Positions 23,685 through 32,000 of a stretch of 32,000 bases of DNA are shown here, in pieces. The position numbers and the translations under genes are program-made. The notes under the pieces were generated by a model. It did no database searches and was not told the DNA's origin. It was given only the letters and a program-made list of their open reading frames with translations. Origin of the DNA: an uncultured Opitutales bacterium (lineage in GTDB: Bacteria > Verrucomicrobiota > Verrucomicrobiia > Opitutales > Intestinicryptomonadaceae); assembly GCA_934660865.1 (NCBI GenBank), contig CAKUIA010000013.1:46851-78850 (forward strand), given 5' to 3'. Position 1 is the first letter of the stretch. The number at the start of each line of letters is the position of its first letter.

Positions 23685-25817
23685 TTAGTATATAAACAGC
23701 ATTTCGCAGTATTTGGGCAAAGGCCAAACTTCGCTGTCTACCAAAATTTCGGCGGTATCGGCGTTTTTGCGCACTTTTGCCATGGATTCAAGCAAGGTCG
23801 AATGTGCGGCCAAATTGTGCAGCAATTCCTCAAGCTCGTCGGCCGAAGCGATTGTTTCGTCCAGCAATGTTGCCATTCGCAAAACAAAGGCTTCAAGCTT
23901 TGTCTTTTTAAGCCCAAGTTCGCGCTGGGCTTTCAGTGCGTTGTTCAACTTTGCAACATACTCGCCTATTGCGGGTATTATGTGCGTTCTTGCAAGCTTA
24001 AGGGTTAGCCCCGCCTCGATCTCGATTTTCCTTTCGTATTCCTCAAGGAACACTTCGTATCTGGAAACAAGCTCGGCACGGTTAAACACCTTGTACTTTT
24101 CGAACATTGCAATGTTCTTTTCGTCTATATAGGGCTTTAGGGCTTCGGGAGTGGTCCTTAAATTGGGCAAGCCCCTCTTTTGCGCCTCTTTAACCCATTC
24201 GTCGTTATAGTTGTTGCCGTTAAATATAATTCTTTTGTGCTTTTTAATTATATCGCTTAAAATGCCCTGCAGCGTTTCGTGGAAATTCGCGCCCTTTGCG
24301 TTTTCAAGCTTTGTGGCAATTTCGTCGAAAGCTTCGGCAACGGCGGTATTTAGTATAATGTTCGGGCCCGCGCAGCTTTGCGAAGAGCCCGCCGCCCTAA
24401 ACTCGAACTTGTTGCCCGTAAAGGCAAAGGGGCTTGTTCTGTTCCTGTCGGTTGCGTCGCACGGCAAAGTGGGCAAAGTGTCTACGCCAATTTTAAGCAC
24501 GTTCGACTTCTTGCTTGTTTTTGCGTCGCCCTTTTCTAGCTGGCGCACAATGTCGGTAAGCTGTTCGCCCAAAAATATTGAGATTATCGAGGGCGGAGCT
24601 TCGTTCGCGCCCAGGCGGTGGTCGTTGCCGGCGCCCGCCGTCGACGCCCTAAGCAGGTCGCTATGCCTGTCTACGGCCTGTATTACCGCGCAAAGCGTTG
24701 TAAGGAATATCGCATTTTGGTGAGGGTCGCTGCCGGGATTTAGCAGGTTTACATCGCCAACCGAAATGGACCAGTTGTTGTGCTTGCCCGAACCGTTTAC
24801 GCTTGCAAAGGGCTTTTCGTGAAGCAGGCAGGCAAAGCCGTGCTTGTCGGCTATCTGGCGCAGGGCGTCCATAACAAGCATATTGTGGTCTACCGCCAAG
24901 TTAAGCTCTTCAAAAATGGGGGCAACCTCGAACTGCGCGGGGGCAACTTCGTTGTGGCGCGTTTTAGAGGGAATGCCCATTCTCCACAGCTCTTTGTCTA
25001 CATCGCTCATAAACGCCAAAATTCTGGGCTTTATTGTGCCGAAATAGTGGTCGTCCAGCTGCTGGTGCTTTTGCGGAGGCGCGCCGAAAAGGGTTCTGCC
25101 CGTCTGCATTAAGTCGGGGCGTTGAACGTAAAGGGATTTGTCTATAAGAAAATACTCCTGCTCGGCGCCGAGGGTAACCGAAGGCTCGGCGTTTTCTATG
25201 CCGAAACATTTTGCCAGACGTTTTGCCTGAAAGCCCAAAACCTGCATAGAGCGCAAAAGCGGCGTTTTTTTGTCGAGAACTTCGCCCGTATACGAGCAAA
25301 ACGCCGTGGGTATGCACAATGTGGCAACATTGCCCCTGCGCTTTATAAAGGCCGGGCTTGTAGGGTCCCACGCGGTGTAGCCGCGGGCTTCGAATGTAGA
25401 CCTAAGCCCGCCCGACGGGAAACTAGAGGCGTCGGGCTCGCCCATAATCAGGTTCTTGCCCGAAAACCTTGTAATTACGTTGCCGAGCTTGTCGAATTCC
25501 AAAAACGAGTCGTGCTTTTCGGCGGTAGAGCCCGTAAGCGGCAAAAACCAGTGGGTATAGTGGGTTGCCCCCCTTTCTATCGCCCACGACTTCATTGCAT
25601 GGGCAACGGAATCGGCAATGGAGGAATCCAACGCCATTTTGTTGTTTATTGTCTCAAGCAGCTTTCTGTATACGGGACGGGGAAGATACTCTTCCATGGC
25701 CTTTTTGCCGAAAACATCGCAACCGAATTCCTCAACAATGCTGTAGTTTTTCGAAACGCAATCCTTTTCGGGAAGCCTTTCGGCTATTTTTGCAATCGCC
25801 TCATTTCTTATGTTCAT
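23685..25817 (-). CDS. glnN: Glutamine synthetase type III
   Basis: About 710 aa. Motifs: GCDVFGKKAMEEYLP, TAWDPTSPAF, GAEQEYFLID, HNEVAPAQFEVAP, HEKPFASVNGSGKHNNWS, GANEAPP. I preferred the ATG at 25817, preceded by AAAGGA. An upstream ATG at 25853 would add the basic peptide MRKHKFRRKRTF. Confidence 0.93.
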   Translation of the reverse strand: MNIRNEAIAKIAERLPEKDCVSKNYSIVEEFGCDVFGKKAMEEYLPRPVYRKLLETINNKMALDSSIADSVAHAMKSWAIERGATHYTHWFLPLTGSTAEKHDSFLEFDKLGNVITRFSGKNLIMGEPDASSFPSGGLRSTFEARGYTAWDPTSPAFIKRRGNVATLCIPTAFCSYTGEVLDKKTPLLRSMQVLGFQAKRLAKCFGIENAEPSVTLGAEQEYFLIDKSLYVQRPDLMQTGRTLFGAPPQKHQQLDDHYFGTIKPRILAFMSDVDKELWRMGIPSKTRHNEVAPAQFEVAPIFEELNLAVDHNMLVMDALRQIADKHGFACLLHEKPFASVNGSGKHNNWSISVGDVNLLNPGSDPHQNAIFLTTLCAVIQAVDRHSDLLRASTAGAGNDHRLGANEAPPSIISIFLGEQLTDIVRQLEKGDAKTSKKSNVLKIGVDTLPTLPCDATDRNRTSPFAFTGNKFEFRAAGSSQSCAGPNIILNTAVAEAFDEIATKLENAKGANFHETLQGILSDIIKKHKRIIFNGNNYNDEWVKEAQKRGLPNLRTTPEALKPYIDEKNIAMFEKYKVFNRAELVSRYEVFLEEYERKIEIEAGLTLKLARTHIIPAIGEYVAKLNNALKAQRELGLKKTKLEAFVLRMATLLDETIASADELEELLHNLAAHSTLLESMAKVRKNADTAEILVDSEVWPLPKYCEMLFIY

Positions 25818-25979
25818 AAATGTCCTTTTGCGCCTAAATTTGTGTTTGCGCATGTAGAGTTTTATTTGAAAGACAATTTTGTAGCATACAAATTAGCTTG
25901 CAAGTACAATTTTGAAGAAAAAACGCGCAAGTTCGCGTAAAAATATAAAAGGGGCAAAAAAGTCCGATGCCTAAATATT

Positions 25980-26873
25980 ATGGAATGGTTTTTATATGCC
26001 CTGATTTTTGCGTTTTTCAACGCCCTTACAATGCTTATAAGCCAGCATTTTAAGCTGAACGGACACCTTATGTCGGGCATGAGGGGCATAGGAGTGGGCA
26101 TTATATACTTTCCGCTGCTGTTTTTTTGCGAAATCCCAAAAAGTGCGGTGTTTTGGGCGCTTATAGCCCTTGAGGCCGCAATAAGCACCGTTTATAACGA
26201 AAAATTGTACACGGCCTCGGCAAAATACGGGGCAAGTTCTACATCTATAATAATGGTGCTTTCGGTTGCGCTGGGCATGGTTTTTTGGTGGATTATAGAC
26301 TTAAACCGCTTTTTAGCCCTCATACACAACCCCATTATTCTTTGCGGCATAATATGTTCGGTTGTTTTCATTGCAGTCGGCTTTTTTATTACAATAAAAA
26401 ACACTTTTGCCGATTTGCGGCTAGAACAGATAAAATTCACAATGCCCGCAGTTTTTCTGCTTTCGGTAATGATGATATGCCGAAAGGAAATAATGCTGGG
26501 CGAAAATTTCATCACCGCAATGACATACTATTGCACCGTTTCGATTTTCCTTAGCGGGCTGGCCAACATTGCATGGTTTAGGTTTGCAAAAGCAAGGCCT
26601 TCCGCAAAATCGAAAACAATTTTGTCGGCCGGCGTGCTTATGGCGGCGGCAAGCGCAATTACAATTTTGTGCGGAAACGCGTCGTCTTTGTATTGCCCCA
26701 ACCCAGCCTATATAAACGCGGTTTGCCTTACAAGCCCCCTGTGGATTGTGCTTTTCGACAAATTTACGGGCAAAAAAGACGGCCTAAACTACATTGGCCT
26801 GGCCCTTATGCTTTCGGCAATGCTTGCGCTTATATACTTTGCAAATTCGCCTATTTTGCCGCCCTACCACTAA
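25980..26873 (+). CDS. Polytopic inner-membrane protein, DMT/EamA-like transporter (tentative)
   Basis: 297 aa, about 10 hydrophobic segments in two halves. No sharper motif is recognisable by eye. Confidence 0.5.
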   Translation: MEWFLYALIFAFFNALTMLISQHFKLNGHLMSGMRGIGVGIIYFPLLFFCEIPKSAVFWALIALEAAISTVYNEKLYTASAKYGASSTSIIMVLSVALGMVFWWIIDLNRFLALIHNPIILCGIICSVVFIAVGFFITIKNTFADLRLEQIKFTMPAVFLLSVMMICRKEIMLGENFITAMTYYCTVSIFLSGLANIAWFRFAKARPSAKSKTILSAGVLMAAASAITILCGNASSLYCPNPAYINAVCLTSPLWIVLFDKFTGKKDGLNYIGLALMLSAMLALIYFANSPILPPYH

Positions 26874-26919
26874 TCGGACGCACCGCCCGAAAAAAACAAA
26901 TCTACTTTACAAAGGCAAA

Positions 26920-28149
26920 ATGTCGGGCAACAATGGCGGTATGAAAACATTTTTATTTACCCTTGCGGCATTTTTTGCGGTCGGCACATTGTGCGCCGAA
27001 TTTAACATTACTTCAAAACCATTCGGCAAAACGAAAGACGGCAAAGAGGTTATTCAATATACCATAAGCAATTCCGACATGTCGGTTTCGGCGCTAAACT
27101 ACGGCGGCGTTATAACCGAAATAAACGTGCCCGACAGCGGCGGCAATGTAGAAAACATAACGCCGAACTTTAAGACCGTTGCCGAATACGAAAATTCCAC
27201 AACATATTTCGGCGCGCTAATAGGCCGCTACGGCAACAGAATTGCAAACGCCAAATTCGAGCTAAACGGCAAAACCTATAAGCTGGGCGCAAACGAAAAC
27301 GGCAAATGCCTGCACGGCGGCATAAGCGGCTTTAACGACAAAATCTACAAGGTAGATTCCGAACGCGGCAAAAACTACATTGCGCTTGTCTTTACAAGAA
27401 TTTCGCCCGACGGCGAAGAGGGATTCCCCGGCAACTTGGCAGTTTCGGTTAAATATGTGCTAACCGACAAAAACCAGCTTGTTTTTATATACAGCGCAAA
27501 GAGCGACGCCGACACCGTATGCAACCTTACGCAGCACACCTACTTTAACCTTACGGGCAAATTGCAGCCCATAACAAACCACACCCTGCAAATAAACGCC
27601 GACTTTATCACCCCCGTCGACAAAAACCTCATTCCCACAGGAGCCTTTAAGGGGGTGGAAAACACGCCCTTCGACTTTAGAATTGCAAAACCAATAGGCA
27701 AAGACATCTCGCAAAACGACGAGCAGCTTGCGCTGGGTGGCGGCTACGACCACAACTTTGTATTAAACAAAGACGACACGAAAGACATGCAGTTTGCGGC
27801 CTCGCTAAAAGACGCGCAAAGCGGCAGGATTATGGACGTGTATACAACAGAGCCGGGGCTTCAGTTCTATTCGGGCAACTTTTTGGACGGCAAAATAAAA
27901 GACGCCAAAGGCCGCACTATAAACTACCGCTGCGGGCTTGCATTGGAAACGCAGCATTTCCCCGATTCCCCTAACCGCAAGAATTTCCCCGGCACCGTGC
28001 TGGGCAAGGGGCAGGAATATTTTTCGGCCACAATGTATGAATTTAAAACGAAATCGTTTTTAGACAAGCTGGACATTTTCGGCCTATTCGAAATATTCGA
28101 AAAAAAGTCTCCGAAAAGTCTTGATATTTTAAAAAAATCCGTAAAATAG
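26920..28149 (+). CDS. galM: Aldose 1-epimerase (galactose mutarotase), exported
   Basis: Motifs: GRYGNRIANAKFELNGKTYKL..NENG.CLHGG..GF, LTQHTYFNL, GGYDHNFVL, GLALETQHFPDSPN. Signal peptide MKTFLFTLAAFFAVGTLCA. Start is either ATG 26920 (AAAGG RBS) or ATG 26941. The ORF-track start at 26794 overlaps the upstream gene. Confidence 0.88.
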   Translation: MSGNNGGMKTFLFTLAAFFAVGTLCAEFNITSKPFGKTKDGKEVIQYTISNSDMSVSALNYGGVITEINVPDSGGNVENITPNFKTVAEYENSTTYFGALIGRYGNRIANAKFELNGKTYKLGANENGKCLHGGISGFNDKIYKVDSERGKNYIALVFTRISPDGEEGFPGNLAVSVKYVLTDKNQLVFIYSAKSDADTVCNLTQHTYFNLTGKLQPITNHTLQINADFITPVDKNLIPTGAFKGVENTPFDFRIAKPIGKDISQNDEQLALGGGYDHNFVLNKDDTKDMQFAASLKDAQSGRIMDVYTTEPGLQFYSGNFLDGKIKDAKGRTINYRCGLALETQHFPDSPNRKNFPGTVLGKGQEYFSATMYEFKTKSFLDKLDIFGLFEIFEKKSPKSLDILKKSVK

Positions 28150-28154
28150 TACCT

Positions 28155-28177
28155 TTGTTAATATGAACCATTAACAA
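28155..28177. promoter_or_regulatory. Perfect 8-7-8 inverted repeat (candidate repressor operator) upstream of rubrerythrin
   Basis: TTGTTAAT (28155-28162), ATGAACC, ATTAACAA (28170-28177). It ends 23 nt before the ATG at 28201. TAATAT (28159-28164) lies inside the left half. Confidence 0.4.
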
Positions 28178-28200
28178 TTAGAAAAGGAAAAACGAAGATT

Positions 28201-28755
28201 ATGAAACAGATAGTATGCCCCGTTTGCGGCTATGTTATGGACCCCAACAACGTTCCCGATTTTTGCCCCCAGTGCAAGGCACCCAAGGCAAAGTTTATAG
28301 AAAGGGAAGTTTCCGCCGAAAAGCCCGCCTGGGCCGACGAACACCGCATTGGCGTTGCCAAAGATGTAGACCCCGAAGTTTTGGAAGGCCTTAGGGCAAA
28401 CTTTACAGGCGAATGCACCGAAGTTGGAATGTATTTGGCAATGAGCCGACAGGCTGACAGGGAGGGCTACCCCGAAGTTGCCGAAGCCTACAAGCGCATT
28501 GCGTTCGAAGAAGCCGAACACGCCGCAAAGTTTGCCGAATTGCTGGGCGAAGTTGTAGTGCCCTGCACAAAGACAAACCTTATTGCAAGGGTAGAAGCCG
28601 AAAGGGGCGCAACCGAAGGCAAGCTTGCCATTGCAAAACGCGCAAAGCAACTCGGCTACGACGCGATACACGACACCGTTCACGAAATGTGCAAAGACGA
28701 AGCGCGCCACGGCTGTGCGTTCTCGGGCCTGCTAAAACGCTATTTCGGCAAATAA
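28201..28755 (+). CDS. Reverse-type rubrerythrin (N-terminal rubredoxin-like Cys4 domain, C-terminal diiron ferritin-like domain)
   Basis: N-terminal CPVCGYVM....[11 protein letters not shown]. Diiron ligand motifs: [43 protein letters not shown]. Confidence 0.9.
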   Translation: MKQIVCPVCGYVMDPNNVPDFCPQCKAPKAKFIEREVSAEKPAWADEHRIGVAKDVDPEVLEGLRANFTGECTEVGMYLAMSRQADREGYPEVAEAYKRIAFEEAEHAAKFAELLGEVVVPCTKTNLIARVEAERGATEGKLAIAKRAKQLGYDAIHDTVHEMCKDEARHGCAFSGLLKRYFGK

Positions 28756-28780
28756 AATTTTGCCATTTGGCGAAAACAAA

Positions 28781-28814
28781 AAAGCTTTCCGACAAAAAAC
28801 GGAAAGCTTTTTTT
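28781..28814. terminator. Bidirectional intrinsic terminator between convergent genes
   Basis: AAAGCTTTCCG (28781-28791) pairs with CGGAAAGCTTT (28800-28810), 8-nt loop. T-runs follow on both strands. Confidence 0.85.
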
Positions 28815-28831
28815 GCGCCGCGCACAAGCGC

Positions 28832-30667
28832 CTACAAACTTAGCACGAAAATCTCCAAATCGCGCAATTCGCCGTCGCTAAGCTGCGAAGTTTCGCCGTG
28901 GGCGTTGTCTTTGTTTTGCTTTAGCATGTCGAATATCGTGGGGGCTTTGCCGTTGTACAAATACGGAGCCGTCCTCCACACTTCGCGCAGCGTGGGCGTG
29001 TCGAACTTTGCGTTTTCGTAAAGGCCCGTCCCCGTCTTTACGTTGTGCATTTTCATATCGGTATAGTATTCTCCCGAATGGCACATATTGCATTTTGCCA
29101 TTTCAAAATAGGCCGCCCCGTTTTCTATGCTCTGCAAATATTTTTCGTCGTATAAATAGGGGCTTGGCACCTCCCTTAAAGACGACAAATACTTGTCTAT
29201 GCAAACGGCGTCCCTTTCGGGGCGCGACGCAAACTGTATGTATTTTATGCCCTTTCTTACCGCAATATACGCGTTTTTGCGTATGCCCGTTATCATCGAA
29301 GGCGGCGTAAAATGCGAATATAGCATGGATTTCGACTGCTTCGGATTGCCGATACCGTCGTTTAGCAGGTCCCAATTAAGGCCGTCGGAACGCACCTGCG
29401 TGTGGCACGTTACGCACGAAAGCCAGTTTTGGAAACACAGCGAAGCGTCGTGAAAATACAAGTCGCCGCGGCGCACATCGTTCATTTTTTCGTTGCCGCC
29501 AATGTCGATTTTTTCCGCCTTCATATCGGGAAGCGACACTTTGTTAAGCGTGTCGGAATAGTACATTGCAACAATCAAATTTCCGTTTTCGTCGAAATCC
29601 ATATTGCGCGGGCCAAAGCCCTTAAGCACAACGCGCTTTTTTAGACCGTCGGCAAACGACAAATCGTTTTGCGGGGCTATTGCGCCCTTTGGGTCTTTTG
29701 CATAGTTTGCATACTTTTTAAAAATCCCGTCGAGATTCAACGCGGCCAATTCGTGGTTGCCCGCCGAAAGAACGTACAAGGTTTTGCCGTCGGGCGAAAC
29801 TTTAACGCCGTACGGGTTTGCAAAACCCTTGTCGGCGTCGTCCAGCAAAAACGCAAACATAAGCTCCTTTTTTTGGGCGTCTACAACCGAGATTGCGTTT
29901 GTGCCCACCCACCCTTTTTCCACCTGCGTTGTAGGCACGTTAAAGCGGCCTATAACATGCGAGCAAAACAGGTATTTGCCGTCGGGCGAAGCGCACACAT
30001 ACTTGCCGTTTATGGAACCTGCGGGCAAAGATATGTTTTTTATGTTTTGCATTTTATTTGCGTCTATAACCGAAAGGCCAAGCGCAATATTCGCGTCGCG
30101 CGAGGCGTCTTTGGCCGCGGGTATTTGGTTTAGCACAAAAAGGCTGCCGTTTAAAACGAGCATTGAAAACGGGTCTCTAACCGCCTTGGCTTTGCATTCC
30201 GCCTTCAGTGTTTTAAGGTTAAATTTTAAAATCTCGTTTTTAAACTGCAAGGCCACATACAAAAACTTTGCGTCGGGAGAAATGGCAACCGCTTTGGGCA
30301 TGTGGCCCACAAAAAATTCGCGCTCTACCTTCGCGCTTTGCACGTCTACAACCGCGCATTTGCCCAGCGGGGCGTTTATTAAAACATACAGTTTTTTCGA
30401 ATCGGGCGAAAACACGCAGTCGCCGGTATAGCCCGAAAGCTTTACTTTGCCCGTAATTTCGCCGCCCTTGTAAAACATTATGCCCTTGCCGGTTCTGCAT
30501 GTTATGCAAAGCGTGCCGTCTTCGGCTTTTGCGACATAGTCGGGGCTAAGGTAAAATTCGCCGTAGTCGGGAATATCGCCGTAAACTTCCGTCTGCCCTG
30601 ATTGTTGGTCGGCGCACAGTAAAAGCGAGCTAAAACTAAAAAACGCGGCAATTAAAAACTTTTTCAT
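28832..30667 (-). CDS. Exported beta-propeller (YVTN-type repeats) fused to a di-haem cytochrome c peroxidase (CCP/MauG-family) domain
   Basis: Signal peptide MKKFLIAAFFSFSSLLLCA. Repeated SPD(G/S/A)K.LYV blade motifs occur four times. Two CXXCH haem sites: SCVTCH and KCNMCH. FDTPTLREVWRTAPYLYNG is typical of CCP. Confidence 0.8.
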   Translation of the reverse strand: MKKFLIAAFFSFSSLLLCADQQSGQTEVYGDIPDYGEFYLSPDYVAKAEDGTLCITCRTGKGIMFYKGGEITGKVKLSGYTGDCVFSPDSKKLYVLINAPLGKCAVVDVQSAKVEREFFVGHMPKAVAISPDAKFLYVALQFKNEILKFNLKTLKAECKAKAVRDPFSMLVLNGSLFVLNQIPAAKDASRDANIALGLSVIDANKMQNIKNISLPAGSINGKYVCASPDGKYLFCSHVIGRFNVPTTQVEKGWVGTNAISVVDAQKKELMFAFLLDDADKGFANPYGVKVSPDGKTLYVLSAGNHELAALNLDGIFKKYANYAKDPKGAIAPQNDLSFADGLKKRVVLKGFGPRNMDFDENGNLIVAMYYSDTLNKVSLPDMKAEKIDIGGNEKMNDVRRGDLYFHDASLCFQNWLSCVTCHTQVRSDGLNWDLLNDGIGNPKQSKSMLYSHFTPPSMITGIRKNAYIAVRKGIKYIQFASRPERDAVCIDKYLSSLREVPSPYLYDEKYLQSIENGAAYFEMAKCNMCHSGEYYTDMKMHNVKTGTGLYENAKFDTPTLREVWRTAPYLYNGKAPTIFDMLKQNKDNAHGETSQLSDGELRDLEIFVLSL

Positions 30668-30691
30668 AGTTTGTCCCCCATTTTATATTTT

Positions 30692-32000
30692 TCAGAAAAC
30701 AAAGCTTCCCTTAAACAGGGTTCGGCAGTTATCCTTCGCTTTCGGCGCAACTACAACCCCTATGTTCCCGGAAACCTTTATCGGCAAAATGCTACCATTT
30801 TCGAGCTTTACTGCAACTGCATTTTTCGGCAAATCGAACAAAACTTTTTCGTTCGGCTTTGCAAAGAAATAAAAATTAAGCTCTTTGCCGCATTTTTCCA
30901 TTATGTAGCTAGACGGCGTTTCGGCTTTTGTCTCGCCTATTTTAACAAGGTTAAACGCACATTCAACGCCTTCGCCTTTTGCGAAAAATCCGTCGTTTGC
31001 CACGGTATGGTTGTCTATAGTAAGCGTTGTGTTCCCAATGGCCGCGGCAATTTTTATGCCGCCGTATTGCGAAAATATTGTGGCCGAATCGTCGCCGTCT
31101 TGCTCGGCATTTGCCCATTTATGCGCAAAGTTTTGCATTGGTTCGCCTATTAGTTTCGACAAAAGCGACATTTGAATTTGCGCCGTCCAGCGCCTCCATT
31201 GCACCATTTGCGGAATTTTGGCGTATCTGGCGTTTAAATGGTTTATCATCGAAAAGCCGTAGGCTACGGTGTAGACAAGCTTTACGGGGTTGTCTACGTC
31301 CATACCCAAATTGTGGTGGGTTAGCACCACTTTGTCCCCGAAGAATGCGCCCGTTAAATTGCCCAAATTAAAGCCGTCTTTGGGAAATGCGTCCCAAGCG
31401 TTTTTATACCACGCCCCCGAGTGCATAAACGAAAACGAAAATCCGCAAAACTGTATTTCGCCGTCGCAAAGCGCCCACCAACCGTCTTCGGTAGACAAAT
31501 ACGCTTTTTTCGAATCCTCCATTACGGTCGACAATATCCCCTCCGGATACGCGCTCGGACTGGGGGCCGCCTTGTTGTAGTCGTACTTAAACGACCTCGA
31601 ACCGCACTGGTCCTGAAAGACAATATCGCTGTTATAATCCGTAGCTGCAAGTTTTATGATGTTTTTGTTGGCGTCTCTTGCGTCTTTATGCCACATGCAG
31701 GTTGTCCAGCCCTTTGCGTGCCCGTAGCTTTCAAAATATTTTTTGCCGTTCGCGTCGAAAGCCAACGCAAAGTCGCCTTTGGCGGTAAAAGTCGGCCCTT
31801 TGGGGAAATCGCACCACCAGGTGTTGTTTGTATAGGGCATATATAAATGCCCTTTTGATTTGCAAAATTCTATAAACGCCAAATATTCTTCGTTTGTTCC
31901 GTACGACGCCCTCGGCGGATACAAATCGGGATATAGGCCGTCCAACCCCGCCCTAAGGTGGGCGGTAGTGTGTATTAGCGCGGGGTAATCCATTATAGAC
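30692..32000 (-). CDS. Protein of unknown function, possibly glycoside-hydrolase-like; probably 5'-truncated by the window edge
   Basis: The frame stays open to the right edge: there is no stop in the two codons upstream of the ATG at 31993, and no signal peptide at that Met. The sequence is Trp/aromatic-rich (NNTWWCDF, WTTCMWH, EDGWWALCDG) with a C-terminal beta-rich tail. Its stop lies 24 nt upstream of the peroxidase start. Confidence 0.5.
   Translation of the reverse strand, partial: SIMDYPALIHTTAHLRAGLDGLYPDLYPPRASYGTNEEYLAFIEFCKSKGHLYMPYTNNTWWCDFPKGPTFTAKGDFALAFDANGKKYFESYGHAKGWTTCMWHKDARDANKNIIKLAATDYNSDIVFQDQCGSRSFKYDYNKAAPSPSAYPEGILSTVMEDSKKAYLSTEDGWWALCDGEIQFCGFSFSFMHSGAWYKNAWDAFPKDGFNLGNLTGAFFGDKVVLTHHNLGMDVDNPVKLVYTVAYGFSMINHLNARYAKIPQMVQWRRWTAQIQMSLLSKLIGEPMQNFAHKWANAEQDGDDSATIFSQYGGIKIAAAIGNTTLTIDNHTVANDGFFAKGEGVECAFNLVKIGETKAETPSSYIMEKCGKELNFYFFAKPNEKVLFDLPKNAVAVKLENGSILPIKVSGNIGVVVAPKAKDNCRTLFKGSFVF

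Noticed and set aside
26794-26919. An upstream extension of the galM ORF that overlaps the transporter gene
   Set aside because: It overlaps the 3' end of the preceding CDS by 80 nt and encodes a basic non-signal peptide. The signal peptide and an RBS-like AAAGG support a start at 26920 or 26941.
1-32000. A window-wide scan for CRISPR arrays, IS/transposon ends, toxin-antitoxin pairs or known defence-system gene sets
   Set aside because: I found no regularly spaced direct repeats with unique spacers, no transposase or integrase-like ORFs, and no small paired ORFs. Every large ORF is accounted for by metabolic, repair, envelope or CAZyme-like functions.

Overview
This 32-kb chromosomal window is almost fully coding, with about 27 protein genes plus one tRNA-Phe. 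I saw no rRNA, CRISPR array, transposase, integrase or phage genes. The host looks like a diderm, anaerobe-style polysaccharide degrader. Evidence for that: a beta-barrel outer-membrane gene, several lipobox lipoproteins, many signal-peptide proteins, type III glutamine synthetase, a reverse-type rubrerythrin, a di-haem peroxidase, and scattered secreted CAZyme-like genes. Shine-Dalgarno sites are present. I cannot assign the taxon from sequence alone. Recognisable housekeeping genes are uvrB, an OGG1-type glycosylase, glnN, a long purA-like gene, M3 and U32 family proteins, apbE, galM, a GNAT and an MECR-like enoyl reductase. The ORF track treats TTG as Met, so I trimmed several starts to the first ATG that gives a sensible signal peptide or RBS. 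Three items deserve the closest second look. (1) A tightly coupled purA-like/mcsA/mcsB array continues into exported proteins and lacks ctsR and clpC. (2) In the 245-nt uvrB/aldolase spacer, a 31-codon sORF ends in FFFAYYYYF and is followed by three mutually exclusive hairpins and a U-tract, which is the layout of a Phe/Tyr attenuator. (3) A 400-nt G-poor intergenic region upstream of a secreted glycosidase carries a 49-nt periodic ACAAAG(CC) array and TTGCAA palindromes. A perfect 8-7-8 inverted repeat sits on the promoter of the reverse rubrerythrin. All functional calls rest on by-eye motif recognition. No database search was run.
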